Assembly (NCBI GenBank): GCA_002633005.1
Contig: NMRA01000186.1
Span: forward strand, 128,935 to 192,934
Direction of reading: 5' to 3'
Length of the DNA: 64,000 nucleotides
Origin: Phoronis australis
Taxonomy: Eukaryota > Animalia > Phoronida
The notes beneath the pieces are model-generated. The model was not told the DNA's origin. It saw nothing but the letters and a program-made list of their open reading frames with translations, and searched no databases. A program made the translations under genes and the position numbers. Below are positions 23,636-36,300 of this stretch, piece after piece. Every line of letters starts with the position of its first letter. The stretch's first letter is position 1.

Positions 23636-26229
23636 CTGTAGTTAAATTGGGCTTAGCCACGCGATCGGGGTTCCTTGACTTTGTTTACTTTGAGTCGATC
23701 ACTGCCCGTTTTAATAGATTGCAACTAGCCTATGTGGTCGCCTTACTACGTAACAGTACTGAAAGGGGTTTCCCAGATTTCAACGCATGACTGAATGTTA
23801 TGACGTCCTGGTTTCATTACTTTAACCAATGAACCAATGGGAAACCATGATAAACAACATTTGGCAGTGCTACGGTAGCACTGTGAAAGAGTGTATAATT
23901 ATCCCATGCGCGCACCCACTGGCGAAGAGGGTAAAAAGGTCCGCCTTAAGAGAAACAAAAAAATTCTAGAAAAACGAGAAAAAAGTCCACTAAAAAGGCA
24001 CAGACGCACGTAGTTCACAGACCATGAAGGTGGTCCCCCGTTTTCTTTTTAGTCCTCCCGCTTTTTTGTAAAGGGTAAACTTTGTCACAGATTTCAGCCC
24101 CCCCCCATATTGAAGGCTCGGCGGGGTGCGCGCATGTAAAGTATGTTCACTGGAGAAATTGCTTTGCAGTCCCTGAAATTTTTTATTCCCTAAAAACTTG
24201 GTTTTGTAAATCTTAATCAGTTGCTTTGGAAAATCATAAATTAAGTAGGCCCTATACAAAACTTAAGTCCTCATTGAGAGCACCCAAAATGTGTCGATAT
24301 AATTGACTTTTAAAATGCTAGTTTTCACTTACGCCCTGTATCAGTCGTGTCGTATATCGACTGCTGTGCACTGAAGTCACGGTATGATTGCAGCAGCTAG
24401 TCTTAGATAGCCACGGGGTCTGACTAGCGGCTTGTCCCCGGCGGCCGCCGCGTTACACCGATCAGCTGGGTGACCAAAAAGTTTCTGCATATCCGAATTT
24501 TTTTTAGGCCAACTAGCCGGGGATCTCTTGTGTAAGGTCACACTTCATTACCGAAAAGACCTCAGTGGCTGGTTGCCAGAACTTAGCATGATGCGAAAGA
24601 CTCTGAATTCACTAAGGTAGGCCTCCGTTCCATGAGTAGTCTCTACTCATTACGCCTTGTTTGTGAAAATACCCGGTTTTCCGGAGTACCACTACTAAGC
24701 CAATTTTTGGGAGAGAGTGAACTTTACGTTGAATTCTCAATTTTATTGAAAATAAGTACCCCACCGGATCTTTACAACGCCTCCGACTCCTCAGTAATTG
24801 TCACTGAGTTGCCAGAAGTCCGGCCTCTGAGTACTAAATCCGATTGAACATTTTCTAGTTATATTATTAGGAAACGTTCTTAGTCAAAGAGGAGAACATA
24901 ATAAAGACAAAATTATAGAAAAATGTTACACCTGTGAGAAAAGAAAGAAGCAAATATGCAAAAGATTTAGGGAACTTAGTTGACTAAGTGGCCCCCATTT
25001 CCTGACAACCAGCCACTGGCGGATAATAGAAACAAAAGAGAAAAAGTTGCCACTAGAGGTCGCAATTAGATTTAGAAAGCGCCATCTTTAACAAGAGAAC
25101 CAAAGACAGCAGAGAAATACGCTGATATTTCAGAATGTCTGAAACGGTAGAGTTTCTTATTTTCTGTATTATAAACATGTGATTGTAACTTTAGATACTG
25201 CTTTGATCGATTGGCATGAATTCCTCAGTATATTGTATAAAACCGGTAGCGGCTCTAAGTCACTGAACTGGACACCGTCACTGGACATGCTTATTTCATA
25301 TTTGTCATGCCGTACCACTCACTCAAACTCTGCAGTTGTAGGCAATACATCGCCAGTGGATGCCGTGGACAATTTATATGCTACTACTCTGTAATGGAGC
25401 AGTTCAACTGATTTCCTTTATGATTAATGAAATAAAGTATGCTAAACAATATCATTGATTGTATAATAAACACTTCTAAAATTTGCGATTCTAAAATTTG
25501 CGATTATCTCCCTCATCCTACATATACTGGGGAACCCAATGTTCGTCCGCCTAAGCATAAAACCGACTTGCTGTTGTACTCACCGAATTATTCCACTTCA
25601 AAGTTATGATCTGAATAGGATTCGATTTAACTCTCACAGATATACCGCATTCATCGATTCGGAAGTTTTCTTTAATTTGTGCCGAGTTATTTCAAATGTG
25701 CACTGCCTTCGGCAGCCATTTTATTGTGACACCTAAGTTCGTCATATGCTGCCCCCTTTTGTAAAAACTGAGAAACATGCAGAAAAAGGCCAACGAAGTA
25801 ATGAAAATTGCAACAGCCTGTTTTTATTGACATAAACTCGATTTGAAGCTTTGATGTTGAGCTCTGCACTGTGGTTTCCAATAAAAGCCAATTGGACATT
25901 TCAATGCAGTTTAATGGTGAACGTGAGGCAAAAATGTTAAGAACCCAGCGTATCGCATTTGTCTGCGGATTTTTCCTTTGGCCTTCTAGATCCTACTAGT
26001 GCCTGGGACAAACAGATACATTGCATAAACAAACCCTGGATCATGTTTTGTGTCCCGTCGGAAGAAAATTTAAATTCGAAAACATCTTCTGAAAACGCAC
26101 AAAAAAGTGTATTAGTAAAATCTACTGATTTTTAAGTGGTTTTAAAAAACAATCGGTAAACTCACCGATTTTTGTCTCATTACTTTGATACGTGTTTCTC
26201 CCGAGAGGTTAGTACCTAACGTGAAGACG

Positions 26230-26300
26230 AGCACTCCAAATTGGAACGCTAAGTCCCGCGTGGTTGCGCTGCACGCGAAACAAGATGGCGGACGAACTTT
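26230..26300 (+). promoter_or_regulatory. Probable SUMO promoter or transcription-start region
   Basis: CpG-enriched patch with YY1-type CAAGATGGCG at 26281. Confidence 0.5.
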
Positions 26301-26368
26301 GGAGCCTGACGAAAATAGGTAACCGGACGATACAAATTACAGGTCATTTCACCAAAATAGTTGACACC

Positions 26369-26374
26369 ATGGCT
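26369..26374 (+). CDS. SUMO1: Candidate SUMO first coding exon (ATG GCT)
   Basis: Kozak ACCATGG; the phase-0 GT donor gives MA-DQTEN, resembling SUMO1 MSDQ; donor GTACCA is weak; an in-frame upstream ATG lies at 26285. Confidence 0.4.
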
Positions 26375-27515
26375 GTACCATAGGTGGTGTACTGCTTGCT
26401 GCTCTGGATGGGCGGTCAAGAATTTTATCCTCGTGTTGTCTTAGATGTAAAAGTTGAATAGACGGACCTGTCTACTTGACTTTTATCAACTTGAATTCTA
26501 GTGAATGTTCAAATTTGCTTACTTAGACTTTGGGCACCTCTGCTTGGCCACACAGAAGCTCATTTTCGGTTGATGTATCAAACACTACAAATCTTAAATC
26601 CAAAGAACTGTTGAATTCTGGTGTTTGTATTGGGGCATGAATATGCAGGACATTCATTTGATGTTTTGATAAGAAAGGAAATTCCCACCACTTCAGGGAA
26701 AGGCGACTGTTCCTTCTGAAATGGGAACATTTTCGTGTTAGGAGAAAATTCTTCTTCCTGGTCACCATCAACAGCACCCCAGCCTGTTCCAAGCCTCATA
26801 AGCTCTGCCTAAAGTAGCCAAAACTAGCATTTTGTGCTCTTGGCTTTCAATTTGTCCCCTTAGTCAGTTATAAGTGATTTGAACCTCAAGGGGAATTTCT
26901 CAATCACCTGAGGGCAATTTTTGGGCATCATGACAAGAATTTTGCATGATTTTCAATATCTTTTAGAGGGAATGGGGCCGAATATCGGGCACTGAGGGCC
27001 CTGCCCTTCAGAATTTTGCCAATTTATTTATTCTGTTGTCAGATTCAAACTTTGGGAAGGTGGTATGGTAGAATCTCACTAATTTAGTATTCAATAATGC
27101 AAACAAGGGAAACTTTCTTTTCTTTATTTTTTCATAAATGTATGTAGCCTCATTATAATTTACCGTGTTCTGGTTCTGTATCATGGCTATCATCACAAAA
27201 TGTTTGAAAAACTGGACTTTCACAACTATGATGACACCTTAAAAAATGATAAAACTGTGTTTTCTTCATTTTTTAATTCCAAATTGGCGACATTTTTGTT
27301 TGTAATACATTGCTCAGAGTCCATTGCATATGATGAATCGAAAAAAATCTTGTTCTTAGTTTCACTTTCAATTTTCGGCTGCCACAGATAGTGGTTGGCA
27401 GTGACGACTTTCTGTTGTGGCTGGGCATGAACATGCTTGTAAATTGAAAACCATTTAATTGGCTGAATTTCATGTCACTCACTGTTCCCTAATCGTTTTT
27501 TTGCTCTTTAACCAG

Positions 27516-27623
27516 GATCAAACAGAGAACTCCCAGCCCAAGCCTGACACTAAATCAGATACGTCTAAAGGAGGTGAAGGAGACAAAAAAACAGAACATA
27601 TCACATTAAAAGTGGTTGGACAG
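27516..27623 (+). CDS. SUMO1: SUMO1-like exon 2
   Basis: DQTENSQPKPDTKSDTSKGGEGDKKTEHITLKVVGQ; canonical splice sites. Confidence 0.9.
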
Positions 27624-28127
27624 GTTGGTATTGCAGCAGTATTGAAACACTTACTGGCGAGGGTATCAGTCTTCTCCTCAATCTTGACTCACTGCAGAAA
27701 CGAGTTTGGATTTTGCTGTGGCGAGTTTGGCTCACCTGCGTCAATTTCTTTGTATGTTTGGCACCAGCTCCGTGTATTAATTCTAATTTTTTTACAAACT
27801 CCTCACCACTTGAACATGCATTTCTTTGACACGGTGACAAGCAATTTATAACAATTTGTATAAGTTCTTTCATAGCCCTGGTATTGTCTCCAATGTAAGC
27901 AAGAGTTTGCTACCAATTTCACAGTGGTAAGTAATCTAAATCAAATGTTGGATTTTGTGTTGAGAGGTGGGTGTATAGCTAGCTGCTACTTGAACCAACA
28001 TCTTTGTATGTTGGCCATGTTTGTCAACTTTCAATTTTTAAAGGGAACACAGCATGTTTTGTCTATTTTTTGAGGTTCTGAGTTTTAAAGTACTATTGTC
28101 TGCAAAAGTTTAAGAATTCTTTAATAT

Positions 28128-28462
28128 TTAAAGCTGTATTTTGCCCAGTTTAGCTGGCTAAAAACTAAAATCGAATTACGCAATTTTTGAATTCTCAGTT
28201 TTAGGAATGGCCAACCCCTATCATGTCTGACACTTTTTCTTGAGTCGCTGATGATTGTGTACATAAGCTGTTTTCAAATTTGCAATGTTAGGGTTTTCCA
28301 ACCCCTATAAAGTTTGAAGCATTTTCTTCAGTCGCTGATAGTTTCGATGTTCTTGTTTATATTGTAAATAGAATCCTATATTGGAAAGGGCTATTATATT
28401 ATGAGAGCAATTTTATGAGAGTAAAAGGCCCTTATTCGATTTCCTCTTTTGATGCAGCTAAA
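28128..28462. mobile_element. TTAA-type (Kolobok-like) MITE; related copies near 34677-35030 and 37381-37716
   Basis: Shared start AAAGCTG(C/T)ATTT..CCC.GTTTAG.TGGCTAAAAAC.AAA.TCGAATTA; the 37.7 kb copy ends GAAATGCAGCTTTAA. Confidence 0.55.
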
Positions 28463-28577
28463 TAGAGAGAGATGTGGCATTTAATAATCACTCAGTCATT
28501 TTTTAAAGCAAATTTTGCGTATTAACTGTCAATATCAGCTCCTGTGTAGCTGCATTTCCTTCCAAGTTGAGGTTTAT

Positions 28578-29083
28578 ATCACAACTTGGAATTTTCCGCG
28601 AAAACGCGGATTTCCGCTTTCTTCAAATGTTCTGTCCGCGCATTTTATAATATTTCCGCGTAAAAAAATCATATTTGATATAAAATTTCCGCGGCAGATT
28701 CCTTTCTTACCGCGGCGTTCCTGACGATGTTCACCTCGAAAAGCAGAAGTTGCTCTTTATGTTTCGGAGGAACGTAAATTGTCAACATTGCCGGGGCATA
28801 TAGGATGGCGTGGTGGGATTTTCAATGGCGTCTCGTGTTATTGTAAACTGCGGCGACAAATACTATGGCTCTGCAGCCAAAGATGTGTGGGTTGGGAGTG
28901 GACGGACGAGCTAAAAGGACGCAGACACGTGCTACTGATGGTGGTAACGTTTTTTTTTGTTTTTTAGTCCTCCCGATTTTTGTCGGGGAAAGGTTCACAT
29001 CGACCATTTCAAGGCTGCGTAGCACGCATGGTTTGGGCCGTAAAAGTTTCCGCGTTTTTTGTCATTGGTCATTCCAAGCCCTG
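28578..29083. mobile_element. hAT-like MITE remnant
   Basis: Ends ATTCCAAGCCCTG; subterminal TTTCCGCG repeats at both ends. Confidence 0.45.
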
Positions 29084-29129
29084 TTATATGAGCTCAGATA
29101 TTTACTGTGAAGTAGACTCTGCCTCTTTC

Positions 29130-29316
29130 ATTCTCTTCCTCTCTCCATCTCTCCCCCTCTCCGTCTCTACCACTCTCCTCTCCCTCTCTACCCCCCTCTC
29201 TCTCCCCCTCTCCCTCTCTCCCTCTCTCCTCTNTCTCCGTCTCTCCCTCTCTCCCACTCTCCTCTCCCTCTCTACCCCCCTCTCTCTCCCCCTCTCTCCG
29301 TCTCTCCCTCTCTCTC
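29130..29316. repeat. CT-rich low-complexity tract
   Basis: Polypyrimidine run containing an N. Confidence 0.95.
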
Positions 29317-29932
29317 ATTTTCACTGCTAAATATTCACCACTTTTTACACAATAATAGGTTAATGTAGTTTTTCTGCCAAAGTGCTTCAAAATGATCCTA
29401 GTTACTGCTTGATCTCGCAACTGTGGTGAGTGCATTAATAAAGGTTTAAATGTAGTGCAACAAGTTATACTTACCACATGTCAAAAAATGACTTGATTTC
29501 TAAACCACTTGCTGTTTTGGAGTTTGTCTCAAACAAATGATACTTAAATATCAATTGAAGTAGCTTCCGTCGCGAAAACCATTTAGTCAAAATAGGTATG
29601 ATATCTGGTCTTTGAAAAAATTAACAATTGGTTACTGCTTGAAACAAGTTGACCTGTCTTGGAATGCCTTTTTATAAGCATGGTCTCGAGCTATAATGAA
29701 CAGATATTTCTTTGCACTACCAAAAGAATCGTTCATCTGATTAAGGAAGTAGATTATTATGAAACCAGTTTTACAGCGGTAAGTGGTATAAAGCCACATT
29801 TAATTTCTACGTCGGAATGCAAGTTTATTGTCTCTACTACTGATCTGTGACTTGAAGACTTCAGTTATCATTTCTTAAACGTTGGCATCCTAATGATGTT
29901 ATTTGCTGGTATCCTAAGCTTTTGCATTTCAG

Positions 29933-30013
29933 GACCGTAACAGCGAAATTCACTTCAAAGTTAAAAAGACAACAACTATGGGGAAATTAAAGAAAACTTA
30001 TGGAGACCGTCAG
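29933..30013 (+). CDS. SUMO1: SUMO1-like exon 3
   Basis: DRNSEIHFKVKKTTTMGKLKKTYGDRQ. Confidence 0.93.
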
Positions 30014-31711
30014 GTATGTTTTTTATGCCTAATTGTTCATTTTCACAATTTTGTGTTTCATTCACAGTTGATGGTATTTTTGAAAAAATATTCAGGGCAA
30101 AAAGCTTTTCATGAGTTTTTGACCTGTCTGGGTACTACTCAAAGGAGGCTGTCATTCTTAAGCTGCCATTGTCTCCATTGAGGTGCTGAAAACATCAGGT
30201 ACTCCAATGGTGTTCAGCACTAGTGAAAAGGGAGATAACTCTGGCTAATTGTGTTGTCTATAGCGATAGTTGTTGTGGCTATACCTCAGGCAAAACCAAT
30301 TCACATTTGATCTGACCAGGTCAAAGGTAACCAACACTTCATCTCTGTTCTCACACTGCTGCCTTGGACGCACTTCCTGTTTGATGTTAAATGGTCTTCT
30401 TCTTAACTGAGCTCTGGCACTGACTGCGTCCACCAACTTTTTTCTTGCCTTTCTTCTTTGGACAAGGACAGAGAGGGAATTTCTTGGTTGAGGGTAAATC
30501 CCTCCCTCTAGTAACCACTAATGCACCCTCTAGTAGCCAAAAGTAACGGTTTGGAATTTGAAGCGATTTTAAACTTGAGGAGAATTTTTGGGTCTAGTGA
30601 GTGAACTTTCGCTTGATTTTTAAATATCTTTGATAGGCAAATAAGGTGGATGTTCTGCCCCAAAACAAAGGCACTGAAGAGCAATCTTTGACTGTTGTGA
30701 ATACAACATCAAGTGCATTCTCAACTGTCTTAGTTTGTGACGGAATATGTATTGAAATCTTGTTCAGTATTAAGTTTGCAGGAAACATCCATATTTTATT
30801 GTAAATTGCCATTTTCGTTGAATTTGGTTAGGCCTCTGTTGAGAAATAGCTCCCATCCCAAGAAACCAAAATTTATCCTTTTTAATTTTAGTGATAGAAA
30901 TGGAGTTAATGTAAATAGTGCCTAAAATGACACCATATTATATAAACAGTTGGTCTTTCCATCCTGATGATTTCCTGAGGGACCTGATCTTTTTTCCAAG
31001 CCCTGCTTCATTCCCCTCTGAAAAATATCTCATCACGCCCATAAATTCCCCTCCACTGATAAAAGATATCTCTCACGATGAGAATCATTTAAAACTCAAG
31101 AGTGCCTCTGGTTCAGAAAATTTTATTGATTAGAAAATTCTCATGATGCAGTCATGCCTTACTAGTGTTTACCGGCTCAATGTGGAGAGCAGAGTCTGGA
31201 CTACTTTGTAACAAGCATACTGGCGATCATATGCAGTAGTGTTGAGCAAAGAAAGTCATTCATTGGAAGTTTGATTCACTGCCTGACACTCCTAGTATTT
31301 GATCATGTACAATGCTGGAAAAAAACACTAGCCAAAGTGTATAAGCATGAAAACACTGGAGGACTGGCTTTGGCTACTCCAGGCTCATGGGTAAGCGAGG
31401 ACTTTGCTGTTTTACGGTGTCATCAGTTGACCATACACTGTCGTAGTGATATTGGGTTTGAGTTCAGATCAATTGTGTTTAGTTATTCTAAGAAATAACC
31501 TTTACGTTTTGATTACCAAGTCCCAATTATTGTGTCACTATGATACAGTGTAGGCTATATTTTCCAGTTCTGTTCACCTTTATTCACTAGATTCTGGCAG
31601 TATTGCTGCATTGGTATTGTGCACTCTGTTGTGTATAAGGGAAACATTTGCTGCCGGCATAGGAGTAATTTTTGCCAGGGGTTAAACTGCTTTGTCATTA
31701 AAGCGAGAATT

Positions 31712-31919
31712 GAGTATTACAGTGCGTTCACTCTCTGCAATAAACAGTGAGGCTAAAAAGAGAGTATTACAGTGCATTCACTCACTGCAATAAACAGTGA
31801 GGCTAAAAAGAGAGTATTACAGTGCGTTCACTCACTGCAATAAACAGTGAGGCTAAAAAGAGAGTATTACAGTGCGTTCACTCACTGCAATAAACAGTGA
31901 GGCTAAAAAGAGAGTATTA
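31712..31919. repeat. 50-bp minisatellite, 4 copies, in a SUMO intron
   Basis: Unit GAGTATTACAGTGCGTTCACTCACTGCAATAAACAGTGAGGCTAAAAAGA. Confidence 0.95.
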
Positions 31920-32303
31920 AACGGTGCTGGTTTCGTTTTGCCATCCGCGTGTCACAAGAAGAATAATCCTGACTCATCTCAGCTGGTGTGAGGTGATGCT
32001 GTGGGATAAGTACTTTTTTAGGCCTTACAAAGGCACTCTTCTATATGTTTGTGCGCTTTGAAGCAAGTGGTGAATCTACAAAAGTAGTGAAAATGACATA
32101 TTGAGGTAACTTAAACTTCCTGCTAAGAGTCAGCAAAAGTGACCTTTGCAAACATTCATATTCACTCACTAGTATGTGGGTGGTATATAGTATGTGACAC
32201 GATATTCTTATAATTGTGAAATTCATGCCTATCCTTCCCGCACGGCGATACAAAACTTTTATAAATCATCGTGTAATTGCCTTTTTCTCTCCCGTCTATG
32301 CAG

Positions 32304-32375
32304 GGTGTTCCAGTAAATACACTTAGGTTTTGCTTTGAGGGCAACCGGATAGAGGATGACCAAACTGCTGAATCG
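32304..32375 (+). CDS. SUMO1: SUMO1-like exon 4
   Basis: GVPVNTLRFCFEGNRIEDDQTAES. Confidence 0.93.
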
Positions 32376-32802
32376 GTGAGTCCAAATTTACAACCCTGGC
32401 AATAATGTTTGCAGCAGGGAAGCCGATCAAGAGCTCCCAAGTTTGACACTAGAGTGCACTAGTGAGGCAATGTGTCTTTGAGTAAAAATCAGTGCTTTCA
32501 GTTAGTCACCTAGGACTCTTATCCCAGGAGCGCCCCTATGCTGGTGGCAACTTTCTGTTCTCAATCAATTCATATGATAAAAAGAGAGCTTTCTAGTGAC
32601 TGTCTAGTCTCCTGCAACCTATTCTAACAAATCTGTCTTTATTGCTTTAGTCACCTTGAACTCAGTAAAACCAGGGCTGGTTTCCAATGTCTTTTAATGG
32701 ACATGGTGATGTGATAGTGTTGACATTGGTTTAAATGGGTCAGTCTGTTAAGTTAGCTCAAGGATAGAGAATTACACTGTTTGTGTTTTGTCTGTCTTTC
32801 AG

Positions 32803-32862
32803 CTGGATCTAGAAGATGAGGACGTGATTGAGGTGTATCAGGAGCAGACTGGAGGCTTGTAA
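32803..32862 (+). CDS. SUMO1: SUMO1-like exon 5 (terminal)
   Basis: LDLEDEDVIEVYQEQTGGL*: di-glycine motif and the SUMO1-type VYQEQTGG. Confidence 0.95.
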   Translation: MDLEDEDVIEVYQEQTGGL

Positions 32863-35800
32863 TAGTTCCACACAGACACTGTCAACTGTTTTAGCATGTC
32901 TTAAGTACAGGGTGCCTGATTCACCTCCTTGTAAATAGATGGCGCTGGAGAGCTGTTGGGATTCACAAGATACTTTTTGTCCCAGTTTTATCGTATTTTC
33001 TGGGCAACAGTTATTATACTAGATTTAGGTAGCATGTGTGCTCATAATTTGCCTTTTGACAAAATTTTTGACGCCCCCGAAAGTAGAAAATTTATGTAAC
33101 AACTTTGCAGCTCATATGTTGTTTTGACAATAACTGAAGGTTATTGGTGTAACCAGATCATATTGTTGGAAGAATTTAAAAGCATTCCTTCATTATCCGT
33201 TGTCTGTGCTCCCTGAGAAATATGCTTAAATGGATGCTTGAATCAATTCTGTGTAGAGGCATAGAATTTGGTTTGATAAATAACAAAGCACTGTCTCTTG
33301 AACTTAAATTTATGCAACTGACAAGGTTTAAGTAAATGACAGTGTCAGACTGTACTGTTTGTGGCACAAAGGAGTTTTGTCCCTTATTCCACAAGTTAAA
33401 CTTTTTGATTGTCTGGGAGAGCAATCGCCACAAAACTGCAAGTTTATCGTTTGGTTTACGATCACAAAAGTTATACTAATGTTCAGGAAAATCCTGTCAG
33501 TGTTAGAAATCAAGAAATTTCACCACAGATTGAGTTAAGCACATTATTGGCCACTTTTACCAGTTGTCTAGGGTTAATGTAATGAAGGGGTACAACTTAA
33601 AAGAATTGTTTTTGAGAAACATGAACTTAGATTAAACTGATAACAAGTGCCTTTGAGAGCAAGTTAGGGCCTAGAAATGTCTTATATGGGCAAACATTCA
33701 AGGTGCTTGTGATGGGTTCAATTTCAGTTTAGTATACAAATTGTTGAAGCCCAGAAGCTTTCATAGCCTTGGGCTCTCTGTTTATCACACTTTGTAATAG
33801 AGGTCTTATTTTTGTAGAGCTCATAATGAATATTCCCTGTATAATTTGCATCCTAACTAATTCAAAAGAACTGCTTGTATGAAATCACCAACGAAGTTGT
33901 TTCATGTTCCATTTTGAAACAAAAACAGTTGACTTTCTTTCCACTTTAGCGTTGTGTCGTAGTTGGATGTTTTGTTGCCAAGCCAAAGCCTGATTTGGTA
34001 TAAACGAAATAAATTGGATTCGACTTCCGTTTTTACAATATATGTTTTGGTTTTGTTTGATATTTAATTGTTGCCCATTTTAGAAGACTCCGCTGACTAT
34101 TGTTGTGCACATAAGGACATCTGTCTAACTCCACCCTTCGTTTGCTTCTCTGTTGTCAATTATTTCTTCCTTGTTTTAAATTGTTGTATTTTTGTTTCAG
34201 TTCCACTCTGTATTTTCTCTCTGTGGCTGGTTATTTGTGTAAAAGGTTTCTACATTCAAAAGTATGTTTAGTGTGGTTTAGAACGGTGTCGCATTTGATT
34301 ACTGATGTGGCCACAACATTTTCTAATTGTCTCCTGTCTGTATTGAAAAATCTATAACTATGTTTTTATTCTGTGTAAAATATAAGCCTCCGACTAGTTT
34401 TTATTATTCCAATGTTGATCATGCATTGAATCAGAAGCCAAGAAACCAGCTGTTTGTTTAAAAGAAATGAAACCATTCTCCATGAAATTCATTAGTTTTG
34501 CTAAGTAAACATATTTATTGTACCAACTATGCACTTGATCACTTACATATGTACTTAAGGTCATTGAACGTAGTAAAAGTGGTACACCCAAGACATTGAA
34601 TCAAAGTATGATGAAAGGTTGGAAATGTGACCATAGCTGTCAGGCATCATGACCCGGGGGGGTGGCGGGAGTTACTAAAAGATGCATTTCACCCTGTTTA
34701 GGTGGCTAAAAACGAAAATTGAATTAGACATTTTGCTCCCATCAAACCGGTCTCGTAATTTTTCTCACCGTAACTGATTCTGTTTCCGTAGTAACTAGAA
34801 GGTCGAGACCATCAGCGACTTTAAAAAAACGTCATATTTCACTGGGATTGGCCGACCCCGAATTGCGAATTCGAAAATGGTGCATGTACGAATTGCCTGT
34901 GACTTGGGTTGTTAACGGAAATAGATTCCTCTTTCGCTAAGAAATGTTCTGAGATTTTATAGGAGTAAAAGGCCTAAGTCGATCTTCGTTTATTTCAGCA
35001 TAACTAAACGAGGCGAGTTGCATAGGACCTGTACTCGGACTAGGGGGTTTTTTATTCACGGCCTTATTCTCTGCGCTGAAAATAAAGCAGCCTATTTGTT
35101 CGTCACTGGCTGACACAACCCGCACAAATCAGACGGTTTAGGTGACAACCTTTGATACATGATTATGAGCGACGTGGGGTTGAAACAACTTATTCTTATT
35201 TGAAGATTCGGACTACAAGTATGAATATGAGGAACTCGCACCCCATCTTTTTGTTCCATAATACGAAAATTTGTTTACAGATGACTAATTACTACAATTC
35301 GATCCAAAAATTAATTTTGGGACATTAACTCGACATCGATGAGCCTGCATAAGGTAGTGAAGTTTTATTAAACCAGCCATAAAGTAGTTCTTTTTGCAAG
35401 GGTCTAGCATTTTCATAAAATTAGGTTAACATGATTATTTACTGAATTTTAATTCAAAAAATAAGCCGTGCCTGGTTTTCATGAAAAAATGGTAGACAGT
35501 TCTTTTTTACAGATGTTCCACTGGGTTTGTGTTTATCATACTAACCCTCTAAAAGGGTGGCAGTCTAGTTATCCTATTGACTTTTTAAAAGGATTGTTAC
35601 ATTGTTTCCTGTGGCACATTGTGGGCAAAGTTGTGGAGTGACCCTCCCCGCAAAAGCCACAGGGGAAAGCAAGTCTTCAACGAGAGTACGTAACAAAGCT
35701 TTCCTGAACGGCGGATGCACACCTGCGTACTGACGTTACTGTGAAGCAATTAGCTCAATTATTTTAATAGTGCATGAACGTTGTGTTAATGATCTTAACA

Positions 35801-36099
35801 AGCTTGCAATTGAAAGAATCGTCATTATACACTGGGTCAAGTACCATGTGGGAATTGAAGGCAAAGACTGAAAATGCAAACAGACTCGCAAAGATGAGAA
35901 CGAGCGTTCTACATTGTGTACCTAAACCTGCTATCCCAATAATACGGATGCTGCAGGATGAGTATACACAACTGTGTACATACCCAGTCAGCAGCACAAT
36001 GGGCATCGCTTAATTCCAGTAGAGAAACCAAGGAGAATTTTCCCAACGTGGTCAAACCAAAAGATTCAAAAATCCGTCTGGTCTTAATGGATTGGGCAT

Positions 36100-36300
36100 A
36101 AGACTCGGTAGTCAACTTTTGACGGGCCATTGTAACCTAGTCCGACACAAGCACATTCATACTGGGCATATGGGGAGCCCAGTGTATCCCGAGTGTAGTA
36201 CTGACGTTGAAACGCCTGAACACCTGGTAGAGTCTTGCTCAGCATTTTATAGGCTAAGGAGCAACCTACTGGGTGGCACTGTTACATGTCTACAACATAT
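36100..36300 (+). mobile_element. Non-LTR retrotransposon 3' fragment (C-terminal zinc knuckle)
   Basis: LLTGHCNL.RH...G...P..C...ETPEHLVESC...RLR pattern. Confidence 0.65.

Noticed and set aside
25300-25340. In-frame TGA as a selenocysteine codon
   Set aside because: No redox motif context or evident SECIS; a pseudogene stop is simpler
28980-29477. Ser/Leu/Pro-rich and Glu/Arg/Gly-rich ORFs
   Set aside because: Translations of the CT low-complexity tract
31712-31919. CRISPR-like regular repeats (also 10896-11030 and 56163-56328)
   Set aside because: Head-to-tail units with no unique spacers, eukaryotic context and no cas genes
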